Source of the DNA: Porphyridium purpureum
Taxonomy: Eukaryota
Direction: 5' to 3'
Length of the DNA: 64,000 nucleotides
Assembly (NCBI GenBank): GCA_008690995.1
Contig: VRMN01000001.1
Coordinates: 1,860,001-1,924,000, forward strand
Part shown: positions 42,695-53,894 of the stretch, one piece after another
How positions within the stretch are numbered: the first letter of the stretch is position 1
Layout: every line of letters starts with the position of its first letter
Translations under genes and position numbers: made by a program
The notes under the pieces: generated by a model
The model's input: only the letters and a program-made list of their open reading frames with translations
What the model was told of the DNA's origin: nothing
The model's database searches: none

Positions 42695-45600
42695 CTAGTC
42701 CATCTGCTCATTCGCGCCCTTCTGCCCCACGGAAAATGCATGCTTAAAACTGTTTCTCATCGCCTGTGCAGCTTGTGCGGCCGGCGCGACCAGTAAACGC
42801 TGTGCTGGGCCACCAAGGCTAGGGTCGACAGACCCTCCCATGCTAAGCGTTACACCACTAACGTTGTTTCCGCTGCCACCAGCACCGCCCGAACTGCCTC
42901 CCCTTCTACCTTGCAAGCGAATCAATTCATGAGATACGGCGCGAACGCTTGGGAGTTCAGCCAACGATCGATTCTTCAAAATCACGCTGAAAGTCTGCGA
43001 AAGCATATCCAGCACTTGCTGCAGTTCAGTCGCGTCCACCTTGTACCGGCCCGTGCCGGCGCCCCGCAGCCCGCCGCCACACTCACGAAGTAAAACCAAC
43101 AGCACCCCACAAGCACTTTCAATAACCACCGCATTGGCAAGACAACGGCCGAGCAGCTGTGATAGAGAGCGCAGTAGCCCACAGCCGGACGCGCGTGCCA
43201 GCGCCTCGGTGTCTCCAATCAATGACTTGAAGGCGCCAAGTGCCGCAAGTGTGGGCGTGACAACATAGATGAACGAAGCGCTTTGCCAAGGATGCAGTCC
43301 GAAATTGACCACCACTGATGTGAGTGCCTCGACAGCGCCTTCCTTGGCAACTAACACACGCATCAGGCGACAATCTGCCTCATCCTTGACGCTCGAAGTC
43401 GCGCATACTGAACGCAAGTACAAGCACCCGTCCACTTGCACCTGGGCGCTCTGGGGTCGGCGCCTCATTTCGCCCAGCACTATTGCGGCCGCCTCGCTGA
43501 GCCGCAGTCGTTCATCGGCCCGTCGGAAAGGTCGGTTGCGCCCCTCCTTGAACAGACACGATGCAATAATGCTCAAATCACGGAGTGCTACCCCTGTGAG
43601 CAAACGTAAGTCTGATCTACTTGTCTTTGCAACGTTGTCTGGCGCAGCTGAACCACTTAATACCATAAGAAGATTCAAACTAGTGTTGAACACAGAGCCG
43701 AGCACCCATGTCGACGATTGGTCAGAGCGCATCACCGTAAAGAATAAGTTCCCTTCACTAAGTGCTTGAAGCACTGCACCTGAAGCAGCAAGGGCGCCGA
43801 GCGCCATGCACAGGCTGTCTTGATGATGATTTGACATGTTCGGTTCGTCAAAGGAAGCAAAAGACGAAGGGTCGACTTGATCCATCAATTTCTTCACCGT
43901 GTGTGTGCTCACAAACACACGCCTGGCGGGCGTGCTGTACCAGGCAGCCGCCACGAGCACTCCGGAGACCGCTAGAGACAACGAGCGCGAAACTGATCCA
44001 AATCGCGTCATGGCAGTCAGTGCGGGAGCAACAAACTCGGCTAGATGCGCCTGGTCCGAAACCGACGTATGACGAACGACCATTTCACCAGACGTTTGCA
44101 CTTGACGGTTGAATTCTATATTCGTCTGGAACGCCATAGCAATGAGCTGAAAACACAGGCACAGCCGAACATGCTCGTTGGCCGCACGCGCGACCATGTC
44201 AGAAAGAGAGGGCCATAATCGTTGGATTCGATTGACTCGCTCGGTGACGCCCGGGCATCTCAAGTCTAAAAAGCCTACTGCGAGCTCAAGCGATTGATTC
44301 ACTCCCTTGTCAGCAGGCGAAGCAGTCACGCCTTTTTCCAAATCTGCAACTATTGATAGCCAAGAAATACCGGCTACTTTCTCTTCCATTCGCGCTCTTT
44401 CCGGACTCTGCCGCGCCGGAGGCTGTGACAAAGCCTCGTTTTGTCGCCCATCTGACCATGTATATCCACTGCCTGGTGCGGTTTGGGCAGTTGGGCCCCC
44501 GCCACTAGCATGGAAAGACACAACATTAGGATAAAGAGAGAATGTCTGCCCTGCCAGACCCGAAGGCGTCCTTGCTGGTTGCTGCTCAGATCCTGCGGGG
44601 ACGGCTGCTGTCTGCGCAAGATGCTCCCGATTCGGCTTTTCTGGAATTCCAGCTCCACCATCGGCACGCTTCACTGCTTCCTTTGCTACTTCTGGGTTCA
44701 TCTCAGCATCAATGTCATCCATTGACATGGCTTCGAACGCGGAGGCTGAGCTCAGAATGTCCTGAATCCTGTACGGGGCCGGGTGCATGCTTGTCCGTTG
44801 TGTAGGCGCGGGAGTCACGAGTCGCCTCTGAGAATCCCGCTGTGGGCCATGAGAGCCGGTGGCTGCTACCCGGGCGCGATCCTCCGCTCCTCCCTGCTGC
44901 ACGACCCCAACAAGCGTGTCTGACGCGTCGATGTCCCCGAGATGTTGCTCCGGAAGCACTTGCTCAGCGCTCCTTCGCACGTGGGATGCAGCCATAGTCG
45001 CCTTTGCTTCTGGCTCAACTAATGATGTTGATATTACAGCACTTCGCAGTGCATCCTGTGCTGATACAGTGGTGTCCCGATCACTGTCACCATGGGGTAA
45101 TTTAGCAGCATTTTTCGCTGCGCTTGAACCCTCTGCAGAAGTAGGCAAACTGACAGCAGGTTTTTCACCTTGTTCCTCGTGACCCCATTGGCTGTCGCCA
45201 CCACCAGCGCTTGTGGCGCCCGGGGAGTAGCTCGCCGATGCGGCCGAAGAGGGAACAGCCGCCAGATCTCCAGGATACATTTCAGGAAGGCCAGACTTGG
45301 CAGTGCCTAGCCTAGACCCTATTGATTCTATTTGTTCCGACAAGGCGTTGAGTTTTGTCGAAAGGTGCGAAGCCGAGGGACGCCTTCTGGGGTCCGTGCT
45401 CCAGCTGAGCTCGGTCAATGACATCAGCGCTTCCATAATCGCGCTCTTGGACCGGAGAAAGAGGCACCATTTGGGCCACTCGGGCCTCTTGTCGGCCAAC
45501 ACCAGTGCACTGTAGAGCTGCCGAGCGTCGAAGCCTTCCCAAGGTCGCTGCAGTGTGAGCAGTTCAAACATAACCAATGAAAATGCAAAAATATCTGCCT

Positions 45601-46561
45601 TGGCCATGCCGTCAAAGTCCAGCCGGGCGCCTCCGAACATTTCTGGCGCGAGGTACGCGAGCGTGCCGACTTGAACGGAGTAATTAGGATTTGGATTGTG
45701 CGAGTCCAGAAGTGCTTCTCTTCGCGAGAGGCCAAAATCGGTCAACTTGGTGACCGCAAGCTCAGGTGACTCGTACAGCTGCACAAAGTTGCGCAGCTCC
45801 TCGTCCCTCATGACTCCGGAGGTGTGCGTGATCAGTCGCGGCACCCAATGCAGCTTATCTGCCTCGAGAGACATGTGCACAGGCATTGGGGTAAAGGGTG
45901 CGGAAATCAGAATGTTTCCTGGCTTCAAATCGCCGTGCGAAATGCGCTCGGCGTGCAGATACTGCAGGCCCAGCACCACATGTAGCGCGATACGAATGAC
46001 GCTTTCGAGATTGAGATGTACGAGGAAGACATTCTGGTGGGACTCGATTCCAGTGCGCAGTGGCGTCTTCATCTTTTCGAGTGCAGCGATGCGCGCCTGG
46101 CGGAGACACGAGAAACCGCTGCTCAGGGATCCGCCTCGCATGAGCTCGGTAACGAGGACGATCTTGGCGGGGTCGAGCGGGTCAGCGCAGCCGCCCAAGA
46201 ACTGAACAATGTACGGGTTGCGCATGCGGCGATACCTGCGCATTTCGCGCTGCAACTGGATGAGCGGGTGCGTGCCCTTGTAGCGATCCTTCTCGTTCTG
46301 CTCTTGCTGGCGCCGCTCCACGTTGTGATCCTCGAGCTGCTCCTGCCGCTTTTCCTCTGGTGTGGACGGCAATGCCTTTACCTGCTCGGTGGTGACCTTA
46401 CAGGCGACCACGCTTCCATCGAGCGTGCCGCGGTACACCTCTCCGTACGAGCCGGCGGCGAGCAAATGCTCTGCGTCGCGAGTGAGCTTGAGCCTGGCGG
46501 AATCGAGCAGCTCAGCGTCCCACCCCTTCCCTCCCCCAGGCGGAGAATACGCCCCCGCCAT
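42695..46561 (-). CDS. TKL-like Ser/Thr protein kinase with C-terminal ARM-like helical region
   Basis: AGSYGEVYRG, VACK, HGDLKPGN, TDFGLSR, VGTLAYLAPE, ADIFAF, RRRP; C-terminal VQVDGCLYL and KEGAVEALTSV ARM-like repeats. Confidence 0.9.
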   Translation of the reverse strand: MAGAYSPPGGGKGWDAELLDSARLKLTRDAEHLLAAGSYGEVYRGTLDGSVVACKVTTEQVKALPSTPEEKRQEQLEDHNVERRQQEQNEKDRYKGTHPLIQLQREMRRYRRMRNPYIVQFLGGCADPLDPAKIVLVTELMRGGSLSSGFSCLRQARIAALEKMKTPLRTGIESHQNVFLVHLNLESVIRIALHVVLGLQYLHAERISHGDLKPGNILISAPFTPMPVHMSLEADKLHWVPRLITHTSGVMRDEELRNFVQLYESPELAVTKLTDFGLSRREALLDSHNPNPNYSVQVGTLAYLAPEMFGGARLDFDGMAKADIFAFSLVMFELLTLQRPWEGFDARQLYSALVLADKRPEWPKWCLFLRSKSAIMEALMSLTELSWSTDPRRRPSASHLSTKLNALSEQIESIGSRLGTAKSGLPEMYPGDLAAVPSSAASASYSPGATSAGGGDSQWGHEEQGEKPAVSLPTSAEGSSAAKNAAKLPHGDSDRDTTVSAQDALRSAVISTSLVEPEAKATMAASHVRRSAEQVLPEQHLGDIDASDTLVGVVQQGGAEDRARVAATGSHGPQRDSQRRLVTPAPTQRTSMHPAPYRIQDILSSASAFEAMSMDDIDAEMNPEVAKEAVKRADGGAGIPEKPNREHLAQTAAVPAGSEQQPARTPSGLAGQTFSLYPNVVSFHASGGGPTAQTAPGSGYTWSDGRQNEALSQPPARQSPERARMEEKVAGISWLSIVADLEKGVTASPADKGVNQSLELAVGFLDLRCPGVTERVNRIQRLWPSLSDMVARAANEHVRLCLCFQLIAMAFQTNIEFNRQVQTSGEMVVRHTSVSDQAHLAEFVAPALTAMTRFGSVSRSLSLAVSGVLVAAAWYSTPARRVFVSTHTVKKLMDQVDPSSFASFDEPNMSNHHQDSLCMALGALAASGAVLQALSEGNLFFTVMRSDQSSTWVLGSVFNTSLNLLMVLSGSAAPDNVAKTSRSDLRLLTGVALRDLSIIASCLFKEGRNRPFRRADERLRLSEAAAIVLGEMRRRPQSAQVQVDGCLYLRSVCATSSVKDEADCRLMRVLVAKEGAVEALTSVVVNFGLHPWQSASFIYVVTPTLAALGAFKSLIGDTEALARASGCGLLRSLSQLLGRCLANAVVIESACGVLLVLLRECGGGLRGAGTGRYKVDATELQQVLDMLSQTFSVILKNRSLAELPSVRAVSHELIRLQGRRGGSSGGAGGSGNNVSGVTLSMGGSVDPSLGGPAQRLLVAPAAQAAQAMRNSFKHAFSVGQKGANEQMD

Positions 46562-46777
46562 GTTGCTTCTCCCCGAGGCCCTTTTGTTCCCTTCCCAACC
46601 TGCACACTCCCCAGAACAACAAACCGCAATCGTCCGCTCGAAACCATCTCCAGCCTTTCGCCCTTGTCCTTTTTCTCTCACTCCCCGCTATCTTTTCATC
46701 GCTTGACCCAACACCAACACACATGAGTTTCGTGCACTGTACTCAGCGCTCGACACAACTGTACATAAATCACAACC

Positions 46778-46840
46778 AACAAAAAAAACATCACTGAACA
46801 CCGTTCAGATCGGAACAGAACCCCCGTTAAAAAAAAGAAG
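46778..46840 (+). repeat. 63-bp exact direct repeat, copy 1
   Basis: AACAAAAAAAACATCACTGAACACCGTTCAGATCGGAACAGAACCCCCGTTAAAAAAAAGAAG. Confidence 0.95.
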
Positions 46841-47138
46841 CTTTGATGATAGCGTCTTCGTGAAGCACGCGTATACCAAACGTGTACCAATAGTAAACTA
46901 CTGGTGGCTAGCTGAAGCAAGAGGTCCACAACAAGACGACTTTACTCCTTAACACAACCTAGCTCTTACCTCAAAAGGAGACAGAGCGCCGACTCGTCGG
47001 CCGTCTCTCACACTCTAATGATATACTACTGTGGTTAACCATTACGGTCACCAACCAACGGAGAGTTGTCATCATTAAGTATTTGATGACTCCTCATCAC
47101 GTCATCAGGCAGGCAGAGAGGGATGACAATATTCCACG

Positions 47139-47201
47139 AACAAAAAAAACATCACTGAACACCGTTCAGATCGGAACAGAACCCCCGTTAAAAAAAAGAA
47201 G
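47139..47201 (+). repeat. 63-bp exact direct repeat, copy 2
   Basis: Identical to 46778-46840. Confidence 0.95.
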
Positions 47202-47488
47202 GGAAAAAAACCCCCTTGCTGGGAGGGTGTACTGTACGATGGTGGATGGAAGGTACAGCGTGTGCCGTTATGTGTGTTTTTTTGGCAACTGAATCTCGAC
47301 AAGTAGTAGAATTGGTGCGGAGCGAGTGGCGGTTGGGGAGGCGGAACGCGGCTCGCTGTCTTTATACCGGGTTGTGACCTTTGCTGTTGCTCCTGCAGTT
47401 GCCGCCGTCGCTGCTGCCGCTGCTGCTGCTACTGGTGGTGGTGGTGGTGGTGGTGGGAATCTGTGTGGTACGGGTAAGGAGAGCTGCG

Positions 47489-49138
47489 ATGGACAAGTGG
47501 AGCGTCGATGAGGTGAGTGCCTTGCTGCGCTCGCTCGAGTTCTCGGAGCAGGTCGTGGACGCGTTCAAGACAAATTCCGTGCAGGGCAGTGATCTGAAAG
47601 GGCTCTCCGAAGACGACTGCAAGAATGAGCTGAAAATGACAAATCTGCAGTACAAGAAACTGCGCCGCGCAATCGAGGAACAGGAGGCCAAGGCCGGTGA
47701 TGGTGCGGGTCCCTCGCCAGCCGCGTCGCCAGCCGCTTCGCCCGGATCGACGTGGGGTTCAGCGGTAACGGCACAAGCAACGGTAATGCCGCAAGGTTAT
47801 TCGTCGGGTTCCAGCACGGACGCAGGCTACCCGGTGGTTCCGGAGCGCGTCCCGCAGCCATATGGCATGACTTCCATTCCTGCAGCAGCTGCGATGAATC
47901 CGTACGCTCCCGCAGCAGCGCCTTACTCTCAGCCTCCGCCACAGTACAACCAACCACCTCCCGCCTGTGCACCTGTGCCAGGCCAGCCCGGTCCTCATGG
48001 TCATCCAGCGTATGGGGTGCAGCCAGTGCCGTATGGTCAATTTCCTCAGCAGCGAGTGTCGCAGATTCGGCGGGAAGACGCAGCAGAGTACAAGCAGCTG
48101 GCCGTAACCATTACGCAACTCGAAAAGCAGAACATCGGGGTTGAATTGGAAAAGGCGCGCGCGGCGATTGGCAAGTGTGAAGCAAGTCTGAAGGCGGCGA
48201 TGCCAAAGGTCCAGCAACAACAGCAACGAGTCGCGAAGGAGAAGAAGGACGTGGACAAAATCGAAGCCGACAAGTGGTATCCGGGGAAAAAGATCTTGGG
48301 CACTGCTCATCACGAGAAGAAGGGCGAAAAGGAGAGAAAGGAGTATGAAGATGCGCTCGCAGCACTTCGAAAGGAAGAAGCCACCGTGGCAGCGATTAAA
48401 GCCGAGATGGAAAAGGCAAATATCAATGCGCACCGCCTTCAAACATTGAAGGGTGAGCTGGATACAAGCCGCGAGAAGTATGAGCGACTCTTCAATCGCG
48501 TATTCGATGGACATTCGCCAGCCTGCGATACTCGAGAGCTGGAGTTGAAGCAGCAGTTGAGTTCGATCAAGCCGCAGACGATGGAAATCAAGCAGATGAA
48601 GAGCACGTACGATCAGGCGCAGGCACACATTAAGCGAGGTCAGAAGCTCATTGCTGAATCGCAAGCGCTGCTTCAGCAGGCACAGGGCCGGGCGACAGCG
48701 GACATCCTCCTCGCTCCTGGGCCGACGAACGGGCCATTAGGTATGGCGAACGACATTCAGAAGAACAGGCTGTTGCAGCGTGCGGACATGCTTCACATGA
48801 ACGCGCAGCAGAGTTTTGGTCAAGCCAAAATGTTACTGCCGGAGATGCCAGGAATCACAGAGGCGTCGATCAAAATGCCGCGGCCGTTTGGAGACATGAT
48901 CTTTGACAACATCATCTCCGACTTGATTGTCCGAAAGAAAATCGTGCAAAGCAATGAGCAAATGAAGAAGCTCTTAGGAGAGGCCACCGTTGCGCTGCAG
49001 TGGTGTGATGGTGTTATTTCTCGCGAAATTGACCCCAAGTTTCACCGACTCACGCAAGAGCACGCAGACCTTAATCGGCAGCTCGACACACATCGCGTCC
49101 AGCTTTTCAATACCGCATGCAGGCAATACGGTGTGTAG
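47489..49138 (+). CDS. SAM-domain, Pro-rich, coiled-coil protein
   Basis: WSVDEVSALLRSLEF...FKTNSVQGSDLKGLSEDDCKNELKM (SAM), Pro/Tyr/Gln linker, long helical C-terminus. Confidence 0.85.
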   Translation: MDKWSVDEVSALLRSLEFSEQVVDAFKTNSVQGSDLKGLSEDDCKNELKMTNLQYKKLRRAIEEQEAKAGDGAGPSPAASPAASPGSTWGSAVTAQATVMPQGYSSGSSTDAGYPVVPERVPQPYGMTSIPAAAAMNPYAPAAAPYSQPPPQYNQPPPACAPVPGQPGPHGHPAYGVQPVPYGQFPQQRVSQIRREDAAEYKQLAVTITQLEKQNIGVELEKARAAIGKCEASLKAAMPKVQQQQQRVAKEKKDVDKIEADKWYPGKKILGTAHHEKKGEKERKEYEDALAALRKEEATVAAIKAEMEKANINAHRLQTLKGELDTSREKYERLFNRVFDGHSPACDTRELELKQQLSSIKPQTMEIKQMKSTYDQAQAHIKRGQKLIAESQALLQQAQGRATADILLAPGPTNGPLGMANDIQKNRLLQRADMLHMNAQQSFGQAKMLLPEMPGITEASIKMPRPFGDMIFDNIISDLIVRKKIVQSNEQMKKLLGEATVALQWCDGVISREIDPKFHRLTQEHADLNRQLDTHRVQLFNTACRQYGV

Positions 49139-49701
49139 AATTGCGTCGTCCCGGCAGACACGGAGAGGTGGACATGGCCCGAGGCTCCAGATCGTTGCGC
49201 ACGTGGTAGACCGTAATTGTCAAGCAGCAGTGACCGTTCATGCATTACTCACTGAATGTGTCCGCCAATTGGGTCTCATGGTTTGAAAGCAAGGTTGCAT
49301 GGAACGCAGTGGTTGCGCCTGCTCTTGGCTTACCAGGGCTTGTGGGCTCCATATGACTATGACGACGCCGTGTGGCCGTCCTCAAAAAGTCAGAACAATA
49401 AATAAGCGCGCCCCGACTCAAAGTACGTCTCTCTTGCTCAGTGCGGGCATCGGGTTCGTTCGGCGTCGTCGGCTCTTGATCCTGCACGAGCCTGGACAAG
49501 CCGGCGGGTTCGTGATTGCCACAAGAATCGTGCGTATTTTTGCGAGAAGCCCGATGCAGCTGTTCGGTGATTGTTTACGTCACGCTGGGGGTTGCCTGTG
49601 CGCGACGTATGTGCAGGAAAGTCAGAAGAGGCAGCGATTGGCCAGCTCATCTTCCAAACTGAAGAAAACGGTTCACTTTCGCGTGCCGCGGATCTGGCGT
49701 C

Positions 49702-50232
49702 ATGTGGCTGAAGGAAAGAGAGCTTGTTGAGCTTGTGCGCGCGACAGAAGCGACGCGCAGCCGTGCGTACGCGATGATGGAGCTTGCGTTGCGCGAGAGT
49801 ATTCGCAGAATGGAGCTCGCGGGAGACGGCAATGACGTGGAGGACCAGGAGTATAAGCGCATGATCGAGCAGTTTGGTCTTGAGATGCAAGCTAGTAGAG
49901 AGACGCTTGATATGGTCATATTGGACCTGGCAGAGCACACAGAGCTCTTAGAGCCTATCAAAAAGCTGCGCTCGCTAGAAGATGAGAAGCTAGTCGCAAC
50001 TGTCTCGCTTCATGCGCTGAAACGTGCGTTGGCGCTAGCTGATATTCAGATTCGGTCAGGCAATGGAAGCGACAATCCACGTCCTATGATCGAAATTAGC
50101 GTCGAAAAGCTAAGAGAGCGGGAAATGGAGCTCTGTCGGAACATCGAGGCGCTCATCGTGAACATTCGAGACGAGCACGATTGCATTAGTGAAGTTCTCG
50201 CCGAACAGGAGCTCCGGGCTGAACAAGAGTGA
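49702..50232 (+). CDS. Helical protein resembling REX1-B (required for excision 1-B) family
   Basis: N-terminal RSRAY..ME; IKKLRSLEDEKLVATVSLHALKR; C-terminal coiled coil; family match from memory only. Confidence 0.55.
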   Translation: MWLKERELVELVRATEATRSRAYAMMELALRESIRRMELAGDGNDVEDQEYKRMIEQFGLEMQASRETLDMVILDLAEHTELLEPIKKLRSLEDEKLVATVSLHALKRALALADIQIRSGNGSDNPRPMIEISVEKLREREMELCRNIEALIVNIRDEHDCISEVLAEQELRAEQE

Positions 50233-52112
50233 AAAGCAGATCATACGCGCGTGGTCCGGATTCGAACCGAGCGGTGTCCCCAGACAGCATACACGCTTTT
50301 TGCAGAAGAGGTTAGTGACCGATGCGGGAGACCCAAATCCCCAGCGCTTCATGTTCGCGCAAGTACACGATCTTTGCGCCATTGATGTCGTGGTCCGTGA
50401 TCGCAACGCGGGTCTTGGAGCAGCACCTTGATTGTCAAAGGTAGCGGGGTTTTAAGTTTAAGTGAGATGAAGTGATCGGCCTGGTGACCTCTGGTTGGCT
50501 AGTGTCCCGAGGAGCGCGCCAGTTGGTGGGAGGCGCGAGATCATGTCCGTTCGCTCCCGAGCAACAGAATTCTCCCAGTGTGCATTATTTCCACAAGGAA
50601 AATGCTTTGCTTCTTTCTGTCCTTCCGACGAGCGATGTCCCTCTCGTTTAGCTTCTTGCATCTATATCGGACGCTATGGGCGTTTGGATACTACTTCAGG
50701 AGGAAGAATGTTATGGGATCCAGTTGGACACGCGGCCCGCAACGGTGCGCATGTCGACGCCATTTTCCTGAAATAAGTCTCTTCCTCAAGCTAGACTGTG
50801 CAGTCGATTACATGCGGAGCGAGCACAAAGTGTTGGGCCTTTGTTGGTTCCAGTCACCGTCGCACATTTTGATAATTTCCACAACATGGCAATGTAGCCC
50901 ACGATTCATGCCATGTCGTATTCATGTTCTGGGCAACTCCAGAGGCTCGTGTCGCGCGGAAAGTGTGAACCTTGTTCCGCTTGAGGCATGCGTCGACCGT
51001 CCTGCCGGTTCGTTTGGTGTCGTCGTGCTGTGCTGGTCCCTGTCCTCATGCGGCATTATTTGTGCTTCGCCGTGTCCTTCTGTGTAGCGTCACGCATCAA
51101 GTTTGTGCATCGAGGTCGCGCATTGGCGTTGCGCACAAGAGATCCCAGCGGACCTGGCAGCAGCATGCGATGAAGCAACATGTGATGGCACGCGTGCATT
51201 GCGACCGCGAGCAAACCTGGCGACCAAATATTCAAGAACGATTATGTCACGGGGTTCATTTCCGGCCGGCGCAGTGGGGGCGCGTGACTCTATGTTTGGG
51301 ATCGATGCGAGGCAGTATGTGACAGGCCAGAATGTGCATTCTTATGTTCACCATCTTCACCTGCAGCACCAGCTCATGCAACTACATTCTTAGCGACGCG
51401 CGGCCTCAGCAGGAAGGCAGATCGCTGGCCTCGCACAAGCCACTCGAGACGCAGGTGTGGGAGGAGATTATCATGGCGTGGTCGGGATGAGAACGCCCAG
51501 CAAGGCTTTCGGAAGATGCTTCGGAAGCTCTACTGGAGACTTTAATGGCGCCAACGTGGTTTTAGGAATTGGAAGGTTTGACTTTGGAGGCGAGAAGCTG
51601 CTGCGCATGTGTATCCTTGCCACCATTTGAGACAGGAAGCGCTAGTGGCAGGGCTCCAGCCATGAATTCTCTTTTCGGTGCGGGTGGTGCAACCGCGTCA
51701 ACTTCTGCTGGACAGGAGCGCCGGCCATTATGCGCCAGTCCTTGCAGAAAGAAGCGACACTGCAGACGATATTTGTCTTTGGAGAGGAACACTCACAACA
51801 GCACGTAATCTGTGCCAGCGTTCTGGTACCTTTATCCCATGATTGTATTCGGTAGTATGTTTACCGACGTACATTTTTGGCGGTAACTGAGCTGATTGGT
51901 CCCTGACAGAGTCTTGTGTTATTGGCTCAGACTCGGGCGGATTGTCACAGTTTATTGGGCAGACACACACAAGCACACGCTTTTCGCTCCTCTCTCTGGC
52001 TTTGTGTCAAAATCACGCATACGAAATTCTGAGGAAGACATCTGTGACGGTGCTGGATGATTGCATCTTGATTTCGCGTGCGCGCACGAGTCTTTATTGG
52101 ACCTGCATGTGG

Positions 52113-53894
52113 TTACCACTTTACGCGCGCTTTTGTTGGATTCAGAAGAACAAAATCCGTATTCCACTTGGCAGCGCGCGCCTCCTTTAAGAAGCGTGCG
52201 TAGTTGTTCCGTACGTACTTCTGAGCATCCGCCAAGGAACCGCCATCTCGCGTACGCTTCACGGCCATGGTCCACGCGCGCAGCACGTCGTCCGAGCTCG
52301 CGTCCTCGTGAAGAATCACGTAGATCTTCCCGTTGCGCTCCGTGGCCATGTATTTCTCGCCACGATAAGTTTTGAGGCTTTCCTGCAGTGCACCAGAGTT
52401 CGGAAAGGCGTCCTTAACGGACGCGCCAAGCTCAATGTTAGAGTGCCAAAGTTTCCAAGGCGGGATGATGATTTTCTCGTAGTGACTGATATCATATGGC
52501 TCTGGCAGCGGTTGGCCTTTGAAAAATGTTGCAAGCAACATATCTGAGCGCTGCCGGTTCAGCGTCACAAACTGAATGCATTTCATAGACCGCAGGTTGG
52601 CCGCCATGTGCACGATGCCAAACAGAGTGTAGGCCAGCAATGATTTGGCGTAGTTCTGGCCGATGAGCTGGCTGATTCCAATGCCTGCACCAAGTCCGAC
52701 AATCTTGCACGTGACGCCCTGGCTCTCACCTTTTGTGGCAATGTCACCGGTATTCTCACGGAGCGCAAGCGATTTGTAAATCGAGTGGCGCGTGGCGGTG
52801 CCCGTCATGGACGCAACGCCTTTCATCGTATTCGCAACCGATGCAAGCAGCAAAAAATTCGAGGGCCATAGAGGCGTGAGTAGCTCAAGAACGCCGCCAA
52901 GATCCTCGAGCAGGTCGGAGCCGATGCGCCACGATTTTGGGTCATAGTCAAACTGCTTACCGGCGAGGTATCCGTACGCCACCTTGCCAATGTACCCCAA
53001 GCCGTCCTTGAGCACCCAAGCGGTGGCCGCAGCGACGGCCGCCGTGTTCTTTTTTCCCACTCCAAGCCCGAAAAATAAAGCCTCGGTACTGAGAACGGCC
53101 ATCACACTCGATGCCAGATTTTGCAGCGTGCGCCACTGAGTAAACGCAAGATAGTCCTTTGTGACTGTGTGCGGAAAGCCGTCTGGCATGTAGATTGTCT
53201 TGATCATATCAAAACCTTGCTCTTTCAGTTCGCGCTCATCCTGTTGCTTTCCTTGGATCAACGGCGTCGATGCGTCTTCTGATCCTATGAACTCTGTGAA
53301 TGTCCCATTTCCTGAGTATTCGGTCAGTCTCAAGGTACTTACTGACGCAAAAAGAGGTATCAGCGGTTGCGGCGCCGCTGGTGGTGGCGATGATAGTGGC
53401 GAAGATACCGGGCGACCCACGTTGTTTGCACGCCCCACATCAGACATGACGACCACATGGACTGCGGCTGCAAGCTGCCCTCGCAGTTTTGCAACAGCAA
53501 GCTCCAATTCGGCGCCTCCTGCGACCTTCTGCACCACGACTGCTACTCGCACATCATGGCTACACGCACCCAGACGCTTCGCATCAAATACGCGACCGGC
53601 GTACTTTGCGACGCGCATTCCTGTCTGCACCGCCAACGTCGTGGCGTACGCGTATGCCTGCATCTGCAGCAACTGATCCTGGCTCGACCGATCATCGCGC
53701 TCCCAAACCAACACTATTCGACGATTCTCGTGACGCCATCGCCGCGAGCGCGACAACGGCGGCGAAACACCGCTCCCGCGCCAACCATTCAACGCATTTG
53801 CGTTCGATCTTCCCTTCAACACGTCCTTCGGGCGGCGTGCAGTACTTAGTGCCGCAATCGCACTTGGCGGCGCAAATCCCACGCCGGAAGACAT
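52113..53894 (-). CDS. Root UVB sensitive (RUS, DUF647) family protein, probably plastid-targeted
   Basis: MPDGFPHTVTKDYL.FTQW, WVLKDGLGYIGK, FDYDPKSWR, NTGDIATKGESQ, TLNRQR. Confidence 0.93.
   Translation of the reverse strand: MSSGVGFAPPSAIAALSTARRPKDVLKGRSNANALNGWRGSGVSPPLSRSRRWRHENRRIVLVWERDDRSSQDQLLQMQAYAYATTLAVQTGMRVAKYAGRVFDAKRLGACSHDVRVAVVVQKVAGGAELELAVAKLRGQLAAAVHVVVMSDVGRANNVGRPVSSPLSSPPPAAPQPLIPLFASVSTLRLTEYSGNGTFTEFIGSEDASTPLIQGKQQDERELKEQGFDMIKTIYMPDGFPHTVTKDYLAFTQWRTLQNLASSVMAVLSTEALFFGLGVGKKNTAAVAAATAWVLKDGLGYIGKVAYGYLAGKQFDYDPKSWRIGSDLLEDLGGVLELLTPLWPSNFLLLASVANTMKGVASMTGTATRHSIYKSLALRENTGDIATKGESQGVTCKIVGLGAGIGISQLIGQNYAKSLLAYTLFGIVHMAANLRSMKCIQFVTLNRQRSDMLLATFFKGQPLPEPYDISHYEKIIIPPWKLWHSNIELGASVKDAFPNSGALQESLKTYRGEKYMATERNGKIYVILHEDASSDDVLRAWTMAVKRTRDGGSLADAQKYVRNNYARFLKEARAAKWNTDFVLLNPTKARVKW

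Noticed and set aside
46840..46918. TGATGA...CTGA with a 3-bp terminal stem, suggesting a C/D snoRNA
   Set aside because: Stem is minimal and I found no convincing rRNA-complementary guide next to the D box
46778..47201. CRISPR array or LTR retroelement interpretation of the 63-bp repeat
   Set aside because: Only two copies with a 298-bp spacer in a eukaryotic context; no cas genes, TG..CA ends, PBS or TSD
47381..47488. Apparent signal peptide (poly-L/poly-V) on the SAM protein
   Set aside because: Arises from (CTG)n/(GTG)n simple repeats after a non-ATG start; the likely start is ATG 47489
50240..50350. B-box/T-loop GGTTCGAATCC on the minus strand (50258-50268) with a CTGCAAA loop upstream, suggesting a tRNA-Cys-like or permuted tRNA
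   Set aside because: No proper D arm or A box, mismatched stems and wrong spacing; the same 11-mer occurs by chance inside a CDS near 27653. tRNAscan-SE would settle it.
50450..52100. Short ORFs in the gap between the REX1B-like gene and RUS
   Set aside because: Fragmented in all frames with no identifiable homology
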